In this document: positions 12,001-19,363 of the stretch, piece by piece | Layout: the number at the start of each line of letters is the position of its first letter | How positions within the stretch are numbered: position 1 is the stretch's first letter | Source of the DNA: a virus | Lineage: Duplodnaviria; Caudoviricetes | DNA: 64,000 nucleotides | IMG/VR virus record: IMGVR_UViG_3300021167_000098 | Location: 30,499 to 94,498 of that record | Strand: one strand, 5' to 3' | Notes under the pieces: model-generated | Database searches by the model: none | The model's input: only the letters and a program-made list of their open reading frames with translations | Told to the model about the DNA's origin: nothing | Translations under genes and position numbers: made by a program

Positions 12001-13790
12001 ATACTTTCTCTAAAGTTAGCAAGAGTTCCTTTCTTTAAATTATCCATTGCTGCCTTAGCAAATAGATTATCTTTAATAAGTTCTTGAGTTACTGTATCAT
12101 TTTCAAATACAGCCTTTTCATAAACTTCATGAGCATCTAATAGATTATCAAATTTATTCTTTAATAATTCTTGGTTCTCTGATACTTGAGCTTGTTGTGC
12201 TTCATAATGTCCTTTAAGAGTATTACCTATTTCAGCTTTAATTTGTGCAGCCTGAGTTCTTAATATCTCTTTATTCTCTTCAATTGGTTCAGCTTCTATC
12301 TGTTCATTGATAGCAGTAAGCTGAGCATTTAATCTTTTATAATTCTTATTATCAGCAACTTTACCTGGAATATTACCTATTGCATTTTGAAATCCACCAC
12401 CAAAGAAACCCATCATACCTTCAAAGATATTCTGGTCAGTAAATGCATAACCTAATACAGCAAGTGGACCTCCATCAGCTTTATCTTTATCAACAGCTAA
12501 TTTAGTAAAATTTTCATTTCCTTCATGATCTTTATTCTCTCTGATTCTGGATTGATTCATAATATTATCTTCCAATCCTCCTTGAAACATCTCTTCTCCT
12601 GCTTCACCCATAGATAACATAAATGGATTTTTAGATCCATTCCATGCTGCTTTCCATACATCTTTTTTCCATATCATCATCTCTGATGGTTTAGGAAAAT
12701 ATCTTGATTTATCAGTAAGGATTTGTGCACCTTTGGTTGGTTTACCAAAGATAGTTTTCATTTCCCACATGTCTTTGACAATCATCAACATGTTCTGATT
12801 TCTCATTTGATCAGCAACAGCAGAAGCTTCTTTTCTAATGTATGCTTCATCTGTCTCACCAGCAGCTCTTAATTCAGCTACTTTCTGATCATAGACTTCC
12901 ATACCCATTATAGTACCTTCCAATTGGTTTTGGATAAGACCAGCTGGTACACTTTTTGCCCATTCTACTAATGCAGCTCTTTTAGCTGGTTCAGCTATCA
13001 TACCTTCCATCAAAGCACCTGCCTTAGTAGATACTTTAGTTGCCATACTTTCTAGTATTGTACCAGCAGTTCCTTCAGCAGCTAATGCAGCTCTTGCACC
13101 AATAGATAATAGTTTACCTGCTGCACCTAAACCAAAACTTATAGCTTTACCAGGAATAGCAAACTGTAATCCTGATTCAATAACTCCTTTAACACCTCCC
13201 CAAAACATAGAACTATCCATAGAAAGAGGATTGTTTGGATCTGAATAAACAGGTAATGCCTGATTAACATCAGCTTGTGCAGCAGCAAGATCTTCTTGTA
13301 ATGCAGTCTTTTCCCAATCTCTTGTTAATATGTTTGGTAAATAAGTGAACCCTTCAATACCTTTAATGACTCCATTAAGAGTACCTCCAACTACTGCATT
13401 TCTAGCTTGTTGCCAACCAGATTGTTCTTCAGATGCTTGTTTAGCCCAATCTCCTCCAGCATAAAAAGCAGCTTCATCACCTAATGCAGAATATGTTTTA
13501 TAAGGGTCTATACCAAAATCAGTTGTTGCTGTACTATCCTGTCTATTAGCATATTGTGATTTAACATAATCATTTATTTCAGAAAATGATTTACCTGTTG
13601 GATCATATGGAGGTGCAACTGGATTACCAGCTTTATCTACCATTTGTTTCTCAGGTTTAGGTTGCTTAATAATCTGAGGAGTAGCCATAGGTCTATTAAC
13701 AGTTGGTGCTATTAATTGCTTAGACCCAGCAGTAGGTGTTACACCTTTACCTTGATTTTCTGGAGTAATAATTTTTTCTTTATCTGGCAT
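1..13790 (-). CDS. Giant virion-packaged RNA polymerase/cargo polyprotein (>4,590 aa, truncated at the left window edge), with C-terminal zincin-like domain
   Basis: ATG at 13790 (MPDKEKIITP...) lies just after the TAA of the upstream gene. The same frame (codons start at multiples of 3) gives RIPGQGPNSMLP...VQMGSDFDVDKLY at ~3470-3615 (DxDxD motif of crAss-like virion RNAPs) and IHESWH at 504-521 followed by EFVTMAWSDNNFQ. The ORF track reports no stop-terminated ORF from this ATG, consistent with a frame open to the window edge. Confidence 0.92.
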   Translation of the reverse strand, partial: MPDKEKIITPENQGKGVTPTAGSKQLIAPTVNRPMATPQIIKQPKPEKQMVDKAGNPVAPPYDPTGKSFSEINDYVKSQYANRQDSTATTDFGIDPYKTYSALGDEAAFYAGGDWAKQASEEQSGWQQARNAVVGGTLNGVIKGIEGFTYLPNILTRDWEKTALQEDLAAAQADVNQALPVYSDPNNPLSMDSSMFWGGVKGVIESGLQFAIPGKAISFGLGAAGKLLSIGARAALAAEGTAGTILESMATKVSTKAGALMEGMIAEPAKRAALVEWAKSVPAGLIQNQLEGTIMGMEVYDQKVAELRAAGETDEAYIRKEASAVADQMRNQNMLMIVKDMWEMKTIFGKPTKGAQILTDKSRYFPKPSEMMIWKKDVWKAAWNGSKNPFMLSMGEAGEEMFQGGLEDNIMNQSRIRENKDHEGNENFTKLAVDKDKADGGPLAVLGYAFTDQNIFEGMMGFFGGGFQNAIGNIPGKVADNKNYKRLNAQLTAINEQIEAEPIEENKEILRTQAAQIKAEIGNTLKGHYEAQQAQVSENQELLKNKFDNLLDAHEVYEKAVFENDTVTQELIKDNLFAKAAMDNLKKGTLANFRESIQEIADGTPQAANLVDGEVTPESRAKAKEMLERLTDIETSWNRHKDTQLGERKFFVGENKKIIKRGFENVNKKSESVKTRINDEIAEYNKAQKIINPDHVDLGSIDEISEGKINPIGLSEADQIVYRNLTDRKKKLSEDPLSMNSHDIRQLDKFIIREEELKTLDKTNKEKAAEFLNDPELQAVRDQTEMLDRAEKKNTEEETYLNSAQYRYWKDRINTFISKNAEKITSNKLEELADEIKGAVKDVNSKTRFDGVGKKDASSKKSINTAAKNDLLGQVRQLQFKLHTLEQLKNIETLNKASEELTKQKESLILGPFMNEAVRGNGYFKFKNKDGETNYAYINSASVDDDAIIQYTVNGRTEDELPYLSQVDDEGNVTKTGFKDAFMAGFVEASTEQEYVAKLMEMLKSMHTEVPVEEEFEEEEFEETEEDGTIGGFLPGSTSPMKAPVFEWDIEPIVNIETKPKPKNVSKKPKGNVAVDQEIEPVEDITIPPVEPTIIIEDEWEKNKLFTPSTTVSYLSRQYVKSTNGRVKNKNNTRTLKPIDTQEYLVGDPGYFRITDGNYDTHDVPIEIIIKGDKQNVNKAYVPTIASILATDGSIPGLFSEEDPTKSDAENKYMILNDRGLQVLAAIQAYVSDPNKANGNSYNKISTLIAAPFKNNKDKNPFTRMLTAKKEDKTVIRDFNMATDELINLYQNRSRVIADINAGIARPRTKIKSINSGRPARLVSNETETTPNTNLVRVSKFLKDTGVQVRQYESKKKGKFNVLSLPMKRSTLEDSVTMGVLVKVDKVDHDLVYAFIEDYLTKGPITRKLDSQAAMKLLNTVWGQEYENSDTKLPIADHIDLSEDKSTGERQIVFKHKNKKPTKNDFVKPDALIDNKLTESIKSAISAYIADAKVNVLKINTNSKVDIETIKLNKGVLQKVVKSPLAMFADNSATDILATKAPNGEWIFHEQATFNLDYGLQMGDSIVDNSDFDAAMNAEADIKAIEESSEYKEGEAEWLREKHDAPLRLDPGAAINIIEDIARRRQEELEDVVELLPEIDKNKLTKEKWVEKLLHVNDLGHLINSLRKHENISLGEPGGKLNKDSYKRAKEFKETYTEVFENAKLYLEEINAKYDAELKALEQQPKSNQFEQDKKADIERRRREELNNNEQRYSSELNKLKKQAEGEIKRTGVRQLVTGNRIDSYEGLIAGERFKINDKYDAELAALGRTTTQEANKEVQKADILQKKKERLANVKPMYHHTNVDTKDFNFNNFQRGNKQVSQFGDGLNASSNTTSFLVSRYGKPIQGEVNDADFVKINASKTEKEVYEELKKQGYIFSEIHDTNDVLSEVPGAAMELFTDFQKSNPNVKGVRVSNHIIGNTKVAPFYVIYDAKSFYGQGALSKKIEQESNAELAALNNLTNTDTSATEEKSKPVPDDDFSIATEDYESIIVDDDKNKALLDTYTIDYPGMTDSLKDDLVNDFAARIMTRFNGTAKSAPIKNIGDNLASVKKYYFEKYIPNQTNPILKDMPSYYNKLESLAFAKVQAMGLKITGKQVGNLAIDEMEALDFSGENGRAVERYDTSIFDIDDRDRASFRLKSKLALIRDGETQMGFDRYLDPENTYGLIRQLLANKPYMTVGEAVKFLREQKNQSRVLNLVADDIEKWDMSAKNEFRTVFNLHKNKTGIMLWNSKGGEYSANIIDADRVSGGRMMVSKWQSAFMDIVEDPNNNMVINSESEPYLINADKVNKIKEDYIELTNQYYEFEEVYGEVPNSAVYAEQIAGLLNQLGIDVVTDEIKSIIDYPYEYAKIAEGWERNNMSHVFNNKSGVIGVLFSNIGNIPSTKTELIGEDPETAINYVSMEKYNPFTEGGNYLSNLGKFISYKRGNIDSESAYSASGNIKFAYTIPNPLSNVVDRIKSGNYDIENASSFAQRSELVNDSLYDVELMDALKEETEGIFEESNKLKPAELESEELGGIQNNGNKRRFAQIPTNSDKSLFAKTSLSANRESNTFLEDQIANNSAYLVKSVEIESERMRQFNGLSTGIADSKTIDGLTGNTKYDNGYKYFYLLPTANIQIAKVKLKEQIVSLVDITALDDSTSFEAEIKNILPTYSERYFSGYDSDSEESFYKQFMNNQEEHAKVLNQPDLAHLVMMASGETNASSTKWNMTIDEFIEKIIDNNYEKTNPIYLDNGKIKFDTAIPKNDFGFVSMLAANKFNEELKNKLDLWNKYDIGIKRMDSQWKAKVIGNGKNVFSEKLNALITFTDAQIVEIAAREMIYYSTFASLEYYQLVAGDPASFYKGPSNKLLSDLTSEEVNNFIHATNIDAVKRNAKNLAAGTLPSFDILRYDEKTDTFTPETQKTYHSAAISDNYRASINKDIMANERLAGMYGMDGKGRGKINVADALEYSSFEEHLHVMFAKGTQDLTMDMYKSMLPKARYQDRLKWNQKVPDQYKLTDEELKFVFGMMKPVQVSNVQFKSNGVGGANYATQVEVYIKSSSMPIIHQLFQGLEVAKLKQGMFYEGDVLRETPIDRLAYESAYKGGALRIANVWDAKGNITNIDALYPVELPREGFFIQQEIPYDELKNKILIMSQMDKLFTEGYAQHDKTDVLGRKAEVKKAMFREAKADFLKRFGAKLQEDGETYEFQDLNKVVELLKKEAFSRGFSKNVIDQLRIVDGKLDPMFFNTASQKYESVLASLVSGIILQKVHGHSYVQTSASGVITPDQIPDDFKRDIVTVPGHNMSMDLPFITKKDGKIVGAGVYVPFQFLSNKGKDGVQNKLNLNDYTITDETGTYLDMSKIDPSLLNLIGGRIPGQGPNSMLPIRILGFLPEYMGNTIVVPAEISVQMGSDFDVDKLYTYMWNYVVNSKTGQISKYDPNPKAIYKARKVLTDPFTPRIDELKKRRADELTRLVGEGVLEQVSAIKQLRQDTTDSIKEYEDAIQSYWGTEITADDQVDIDRNLYELKQLDQRVKDIDSDLKLIGEEKRKFANTTEGKAIQQELDQLYSELNEATKDFDPTSIVGQDIKSLQNQYFDLHWEVLTDENMFERIAESLDMDDLRLEFEKRTSKNEAAGLISPKFNRDTYLENRAGKQGVAIEANGIVMNAMIQNKGITLLQEGQDLSIKIKSKGKVLNLDILGNDARSQYDNEDRRIHKNLQNIQSESVDNAKNGRLGALNLNEDTFNAANALLMLSDSSKGGYQEGGTPGIGSVANDHVVALVEQDIIHEFIESKAASFNQFSKAKFSRYAEGKLKSSIIEKYYKLIHQKADEYIKIPSHMELIKNIVIPGVIELNSAKKLDLDSATPEQLDKYYRVQLNAFLGFLALDEVGQIVAGTQKAIDGSTKGIGKSFIESLMKERMFKDRIQDGNYESSYFGIKLNNVQSLEDSEYGVAMKEGVIFANNLFGKMFPYRNLFNKVTDYFKGQNKSLDEKDYRNIFNFYKTYIFANNDIYSSGDVVAERARLKEGDDNIFDRLKKYQAENTSGDYLLKGIVVEYDKINKERRLKYSAGKSQRQDEYLNTVSLLKMLNSSDEELRRFGNDLITYSFLTNPIQSANNFMMYIPASVQQSNVVSAYLNKATMDMMDDNIKYADFMEQFIRHNPSFAPKKVMRRSYTSTIELQNYNTYLDKILQLQSELKKPGLSDEEKTSIGNEIARNSAMKNAWFSSTSNPIYTELDEDREPNKFNYITFADPQNEVNGEFDTTMLFKTNKDPKTGQYILSAIPLLGTYESRNMNSSTGFVDTSSVNAYELGNEEMANRLIPESETDLTDALENIKTYGNSNQTEIADILRQIVSPTAKISVDTEAKNTGRYIASEDKIVINPNLDNKFNSKSNREDIISGIIHESWHSAFNPIVERYMKDPNSVTEAQRISIKRLDILRKDALKAARKNNKKELTEFLGNYMNLLKQDEVKNANKILSLQDTINFVLESPNNKSINTTTSGITPQMKAKYYGLVNVQEFVTMAWSDNNFQTVLNEIKASKPEVKSFLERIVEAFEGLFRTILESFGITVNPNNV
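7800..8940 (-). repeat. Three tandem in-frame units opened by (K)ADIxRRR(Q/R)EEL-like and closed by INxKYDAELxAL-like repeats, with unrelated interiors
   Basis: Translated: EDIARRRQEEL...EINAKYDAELKAL; KKADIERRRREEL...KINDKYDAELAAL; QKADILQKKKERL...KIEQESNAELAAL. DNA repeats: aaagcagctaattc(a/t)gcat at 7801 and 8371, taattctgcatcatattt at ~8379 and ~8637, tatatcagcttttt at ~8319 and ~8577. Confidence 0.85.
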
Positions 13791-13793
13791 TGT

Positions 13794-16700
13794 TTATAGT
13801 TGTATGTGTAGGTGGTTTCCTGAACCATCACTATCACCATGATATATAATTTTTAATGTCTGTCCTGTAGCAGCTACTTTTATTTCTAAAGCTGGTACAT
13901 TACCTGTTGTGCCTTTACCTTTTAAAAGCATCTGTCTTGCAGCTTCTGGATTAGCTGTCATTTTTGCTATTTTATTAATAGCTTCCATTTCCTGTGAAGG
14001 AGTATTAAATTTAAAATCTATTCCTTCTCCATGATTATGTTTACTAGCTCCATCTCCATCTCTTTTAGCTGAGGATACTTGTGGTAGTAAACTATCTAAA
14101 CCAGCTTTAACAATTAAATGTTTAGTACTATCTACCATTGTTTTATTAACTCCTGATAGATTAACTCCTGGTTGAAATGCAAAGTTATAGTTTTTTATTC
14201 TATTATTTACATCTTGTGCCTCTTTTTTATTTTCTCCTTGATAAGATGCTGCCCATGCTCTAGCTGGATACTTTTGCCAATTACCATCTTGTGCATTACC
14301 TATTCCATGATGATGCATAATATCTATTGCTTGTGCTTCATTAATATTTTTACCATTTTTAGCATAAGCAGCTATTATTTTATTAACATTAGGAAGATAT
14401 TGTTTAGGCATTAATACCTTGTCAAAGTATGCATCCTGCATCTCAGGATGATCTTGTATAGCCATATAGGCTTTAATATCCTCATCTGAATATCCTTTAG
14501 CTCCTTCTTTTCTTCCAAGTTCTTTCTTAAAAGCAGCTATTGCTTCAGGAGTATATTTACTTAGATCAACCCCAAATTCTCTCCAGTTCTTAGTAACAAA
14601 AGGAGTTAGTTTATCAAATTGTGATGAAGGTACTAACCCAAAATATCCAAGAGCATTAGTTTCTTTATTTCTTGCTCTTGCAGGATCTTTCTCTCCTCCA
14701 GATTCAGCCTGTCTAATACCTTCTTTGATACTAGATGACTGTGACTCCAACTTTCCCCCATTACCACCTCCACTAGTACTTTGGTTTGTAGGTTGTGTTT
14801 GGCTAGTTAATGCTATAACTCTAGCAAGGTTTAGTTTATTATCAACTATATTAGTCTCTCCATTATGTACTACTGAATATTGACCTCCACCAATACTTGT
14901 AATCTGATACTTCTGTCCACCAGCATTATATACAGTTGTTCTACCTTCTTTAAGGTCAACTGATTTAGCTAGTTTAGGAAATAATTGTTCAGCTACTTTT
15001 GGTGCTTCTGGATTATTAGGATCATATAAAAATGTATTTAACATTTCTCTATTAACATTTCTATCTGAAATTAAAGCTGGTTTAGAATCTTTAAAAATTG
15101 GTTTTTTAGTTAATTCATCATATTGTATTTTTCCATCTACTGTTTCTGGTTGTCCAATGGTAGCAGATAATGCATATGTACCTGTATTTGGGTCATAAAC
15201 TACATCCCCAGTAACTACTCTATCATCAGCACTACCTTTATATTTAGTACCATTAGCTAATCTAATTCCACCAACTTGTGAAGCTGCATTAATAGCTTCT
15301 TGTCCTGATTTATTATTATAAGTATTAATTACTGCTGCTACATCTGGATCATCATTATTTACAGAATATGCTGAAATACTACCTCTTGCTGTTTGTATTT
15401 CTGGATGATTTTGCAAATATTTTTCATATGCTGCTTCTTCACCTTGTCTTACAAATTCAATATAGTCATTAAATGCTTTAGGTGATTTTCCTTCTTTAAT
15501 AGCATTATCTCTATATTTTTGAATGTATTTAATCTTATCTCCTATATTATCTGGAAGACCCATAAAGAACTTTTCTCCAGTTAATTGATTTCCAATAGCA
15601 TTCCAGAATCCTCCTTCTTTAGAACCAAGTTCTTCTTTTAATGCATCTAAATAAACACCTTCTTTTTTAGAAACAAATCCTAATCCATAAGCTATTTGAT
15701 CTCCAACAGATCCAACATAATTTTTATATTCTCTTGATTTATAAAATGCATCATTCTTTAATTCTGTATTTTGAGCATCAATAGATTTAATATTATATCC
15801 AACCTCTTGAACTTCTCTTGCTAAATTATTATAACTATCATTAACTTCTTTTGACCATTTTGTTTTATCTGCCCCAAATTGTTTTTTAATAGTTGCTTGT
15901 TGATTAGCTATTTCCTTCATTCTTAATAATCCTTCTTTTTTTTGATCATTATTTACACTAATTTGATTAATAGGACTTACCATTAAAGGATTAATTTCTT
16001 TTTGTGTACCAGCCCATAAACCATCATAATTATTAGATGTAGCATTAGGAATATAAGTTATACCATCTGCACCAATCTGAACTGGTGGTTCTGGAGCTTT
16101 AGTTGTACCTGAAGAACCTGAACCAGATCCTGTACCTCCTGGACTATTAGCATTAATATATGAAGCAGAAGGATAATCAGTTACTCTTGCTAATCTACCA
16201 TCATCTGTTAACTCAGCATTATCTTTATATCCTTGCCATTGATTTTCAATCCAAGTTGCCTTATCAAATCCTTGTCTGGATAAATGTATCTTATTAGCTT
16301 CCCAAATACTATCAAGTTCTTGTTTATAAACTGGTTCTGATTTAAGATATTCTCCTTTATAACCATTAGGTAATATAGTTTCAGTAGTTTTATTAATCCT
16401 ATCAATTGATTTTTGATATCTATCTTCATTCCATGGAGTCATTAATGCAGGATTAAAACTATTTAATGGATTATCTCCATCTCCTTTATCAGAATAATAT
16501 TTATTTTGATGTTCTCCCCAAAGCTCAGGATCTAGTTTATCAGCATATTTAGATTGTGTTGCCCATTTAGCTTTGTCTTCTATTACTTCTCTAAACTTAG
16601 GGTTTGTATAAAGATATTGAGATAACTTACTCCAAGCATTAAGAATTGCATTCTCATCATAATTAGGATTAGCTTGTAAAGCATTAATTTCATTAATAAG

Positions 16701-16979
16701 GGGTTGTGCGCCAGCTCTTATTTCATCTAAATATGCTATATGCTTTGGATTCTCTCCCACCATTGCTAATGGACTATTAGGATCTGAAAGCGTCTTATCA
16801 AGATTACCTTGTATCTTAACTCTATTATTAATCTGATCTTGTTTCCTTCTATATTCAGCAGTAGCTCTCTGTTGTTCTAAACTAAATAAAGTTTTATAAT
16901 CCAACTCTTTCTCAACAGTTGGAACAAAATCAATATAAGAAGCTTGAGGCAGTATTGTTACTGGACTTATTTGTTCCAT
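13794..16979 (-). CDS. Ejected cargo protein with lysozyme/SLT-like domain and C-terminal peptidase M15-like domain
   Basis: 1061 aa, directly upstream of the vRNAP gene. IRQAESGG..ARARN..TNALGYFG resembles the lytic transglycosylase ES..N..A.G motif; SSAKRD..SKHNHGEGIDF...NHLHIQL resembles the M15/hedgehog-fold H-x6-D...HxH zinc motif. Confidence 0.7.
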   Translation of the reverse strand: MEQISPVTILPQASYIDFVPTVEKELDYKTLFSLEQQRATAEYRRKQDQINNRVKIQGNLDKTLSDPNSPLAMVGENPKHIAYLDEIRAGAQPLINEINALQANPNYDENAILNAWSKLSQYLYTNPKFREVIEDKAKWATQSKYADKLDPELWGEHQNKYYSDKGDGDNPLNSFNPALMTPWNEDRYQKSIDRINKTTETILPNGYKGEYLKSEPVYKQELDSIWEANKIHLSRQGFDKATWIENQWQGYKDNAELTDDGRLARVTDYPSASYINANSPGGTGSGSGSSGTTKAPEPPVQIGADGITYIPNATSNNYDGLWAGTQKEINPLMVSPINQISVNNDQKKEGLLRMKEIANQQATIKKQFGADKTKWSKEVNDSYNNLAREVQEVGYNIKSIDAQNTELKNDAFYKSREYKNYVGSVGDQIAYGLGFVSKKEGVYLDALKEELGSKEGGFWNAIGNQLTGEKFFMGLPDNIGDKIKYIQKYRDNAIKEGKSPKAFNDYIEFVRQGEEAAYEKYLQNHPEIQTARGSISAYSVNNDDPDVAAVINTYNNKSGQEAINAASQVGGIRLANGTKYKGSADDRVVTGDVVYDPNTGTYALSATIGQPETVDGKIQYDELTKKPIFKDSKPALISDRNVNREMLNTFLYDPNNPEAPKVAEQLFPKLAKSVDLKEGRTTVYNAGGQKYQITSIGGGQYSVVHNGETNIVDNKLNLARVIALTSQTQPTNQSTSGGGNGGKLESQSSSIKEGIRQAESGGEKDPARARNKETNALGYFGLVPSSQFDKLTPFVTKNWREFGVDLSKYTPEAIAAFKKELGRKEGAKGYSDEDIKAYMAIQDHPEMQDAYFDKVLMPKQYLPNVNKIIAAYAKNGKNINEAQAIDIMHHHGIGNAQDGNWQKYPARAWAASYQGENKKEAQDVNNRIKNYNFAFQPGVNLSGVNKTMVDSTKHLIVKAGLDSLLPQVSSAKRDGDGASKHNHGEGIDFKFNTPSQEMEAINKIAKMTANPEAARQMLLKGKGTTGNVPALEIKVAATGQTLKIIYHGDSDGSGNHLHIQL

Positions 16980-16994
16980 ATAATTTTAATTTGT

Positions 16995-19295
16995 TTATTG
17001 TGTGGCTGTTGCAGTAGTTGCACCAAATGATATTGGCATACCTTTTTGTAATTGTCTTAACATCATCATTTGGTTAATTAATGTTGAATATCTGCTTGTT
17101 TTTTCAGATCTATTCTTAGCATTGTAATTAATCCTTTGATTATTTAAGGCAGCTATATTGTTAATTGCATTAGTTCCTATACCAGCAGATTGTCCTACTA
17201 AATTATTGATAAACTTATTAGTCTCATTCTTAGCATTAACATCCAACATAGCTTGTTGATTCTGTACTTGATTTTTAGCTTGTTGATACTGACTTTCCAA
17301 ACCAAGATTAATTTGAGCTGCTTGTGCTCCTAGTTGACTATTAGCCTCCATTGCTTTACCTCCAGCTGCTGTAATATAGTTCATTGCTTTACTATAATCA
17401 GATGTATTAGATAAAGCTGCATTAGCAACAGCATTAGTATTCTTATTGTTTTGATAAGCCAAATAATCAAAATATGATTTATCCATTTGTCTAGGTAAAT
17501 CAGGAGTTTTTAAATTAGGTGCTTCAACTCTAGGATTTTGTCCTAGTAATCCAGCCATAGCTGTCATTGAACCTCCTAATACTCCACCTACATTAGACAT
17601 AAATGCATTAGTATTATCTCTTGAATTTCTTCTGAAGTCTCTATCTAAACCATTCATTTGATTTTGTGTATATTGGATATACTGATCATACTCATTAACT
17701 ACTGGTTTATTAGGGTTAGATTGTGCTTGTGCTAATGGACTAGTTACTCCTTTATTACTAAAATTAGTAAATACAGGTGCAGGATTAGTATTTTGATTAT
17801 ATATTAAGTTAGGACTGGTAGTATTAATTTGATTTCCCCAATTTACATTATCTGATATATCTCCAGTTGCTGAAGAAGTTTGATTAAATCTTGGATCATC
17901 TTTATATAACCCTTCTGGCACACCTCCTTGAACATCTGGAGTTTGATAAGTGGGAGGAGTTGGAGGAGTATAAGGAGCTACTGGAACTACTGGTTGTGGT
18001 GCAATTCCTTTTGGTCTAACAGTTGCTCTACCATTTCCTGCTCCTCTACCACCAGGTCTATTTGCTCTAGGATCAGTATTAACTGAATTAAACTTTAATC
18101 CTCTTAATAGATCTGAATTATCTATCATAAACTCTGTATTCCTTTGCTCAGGTTTAATATCAGGATAATCTTTTCTTATTGGTCCATCCCAATAATTAGT
18201 TTTTGTTCCTGGAACTACTGGTTGTGCTTGTGGCATTATTTCTTGTTGTCTTGGTCCATATGGAGACTTTCCATAAGCAATAGATGGATTTAATAAACTA
18301 GCATTAGGCATGAACTGTAACATTCTTTTCCATGGTGGATCTGTCTGACCTCCATAAGCCATTTCCATAGGGTTAATTTCTGTTTTACCACTTTTACCAT
18401 CTTCATTTAACTTTATAAGTTCTCCTAATAGTAATGCTCTGGATGCTTTATTAGCATCAGATGTTCTTTGTGCAAAGATATTACCTTTCTGATTATCTCC
18501 TAAATCTGTTGGGTATAGTTTTCTAAGATTGTCTGTAAGTTCTGATAGAGACATTTCATCCTTAGTAAATATATCACTTAATCTAAACTCTTTATATTTA
18601 GATTTATCTCCACCTTCTTTATATAACAAAGGTTGTAATCCAAGAACTATCTTTTCAGCTTTGGATTTCTTTAACATTATTCTATTGGAAATAACATAAG
18701 AGTCAGCAGGAAGTACATCTGTTATTTCAGATGATTTCATGTCTTTATGTTTCTTAGTGGCTTTAGTATCAAATATACTACCATCTTGAGTAATAATCTT
18801 TTCTTTAACTTCAGTCTGTACAGGTTGAGGCATTTCTCCTCCAACTACACCACCTTGAGGATATTTTCTAGGTTTAACTTTACCACCCATCATAAGTAGT
18901 TGTAAACCTCCACCTCTGTTAACATCTTGCATGGAATTTTGCATATCATTCTGATATGCTAAGTAATCAAGAGATTGATTCTCTGATTGTCTTTGTAAGT
19001 TTCCCATCATAGCTCCTCCTATCCCTAATAAAGATGAGCCAAAACTTCCAGCCATATTAGTAAGTCCAGCTATATTCTTCTGTCCTACTGCTTGTTTCTC
19101 TCTTTGATTATCATACTTATCCATTTTTGAATTAGTATATGGTAATGTTGGAGGAGTTATTGTTGGGTTTGCTTGTTGGTTACTAATAACACCTGGACTA
19201 TTAAGAGTAGTTAAGGGTTGAAATCCTTGCATTGACTGCATAGATTGTGCTCTTTGTCCAAGAGTATTTAGTTGATCTATAGATAAATTAAACAT
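16995..19295 (-). CDS. Ejected/internal virion cargo protein (Gly/Gln/Asn/Met-rich)
   Basis: 766 aa between the muzzle gene and other cargo genes, as in crAss-like phages. Repeated MGG/YGG/QGG motifs, Gly-rich amphipathic stretches and a VQTEVKEKI...H...TDVLPADSYVIS domain. Confidence 0.6.
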   Translation of the reverse strand: MFNLSIDQLNTLGQRAQSMQSMQGFQPLTTLNSPGVISNQQANPTITPPTLPYTNSKMDKYDNQREKQAVGQKNIAGLTNMAGSFGSSLLGIGGAMMGNLQRQSENQSLDYLAYQNDMQNSMQDVNRGGGLQLLMMGGKVKPRKYPQGGVVGGEMPQPVQTEVKEKIITQDGSIFDTKATKKHKDMKSSEITDVLPADSYVISNRIMLKKSKAEKIVLGLQPLLYKEGGDKSKYKEFRLSDIFTKDEMSLSELTDNLRKLYPTDLGDNQKGNIFAQRTSDANKASRALLLGELIKLNEDGKSGKTEINPMEMAYGGQTDPPWKRMLQFMPNASLLNPSIAYGKSPYGPRQQEIMPQAQPVVPGTKTNYWDGPIRKDYPDIKPEQRNTEFMIDNSDLLRGLKFNSVNTDPRANRPGGRGAGNGRATVRPKGIAPQPVVPVAPYTPPTPPTYQTPDVQGGVPEGLYKDDPRFNQTSSATGDISDNVNWGNQINTTSPNLIYNQNTNPAPVFTNFSNKGVTSPLAQAQSNPNKPVVNEYDQYIQYTQNQMNGLDRDFRRNSRDNTNAFMSNVGGVLGGSMTAMAGLLGQNPRVEAPNLKTPDLPRQMDKSYFDYLAYQNNKNTNAVANAALSNTSDYSKAMNYITAAGGKAMEANSQLGAQAAQINLGLESQYQQAKNQVQNQQAMLDVNAKNETNKFINNLVGQSAGIGTNAINNIAALNNQRINYNAKNRSEKTSRYSTLINQMMMLRQLQKGMPISFGATTATATQ

Positions 19296-19363
19296 ATATA
19301 TTTAAATTAAACACTTAGTTGTCTAATGTTTAATAAACATATAAGCTGTCCTAATAGTTTCTT

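Noticed and set aside
1-13790. Apparent 13.8-kb gene desert, suggesting stop-codon reassignment as in some crAss-like phages
   Set aside because: The region is one edge-truncated ORF in the standard code. Other genes are full length and end in TAA, TGA (26421, 46150) or TAG (47773, 54711) at sensible boundaries.
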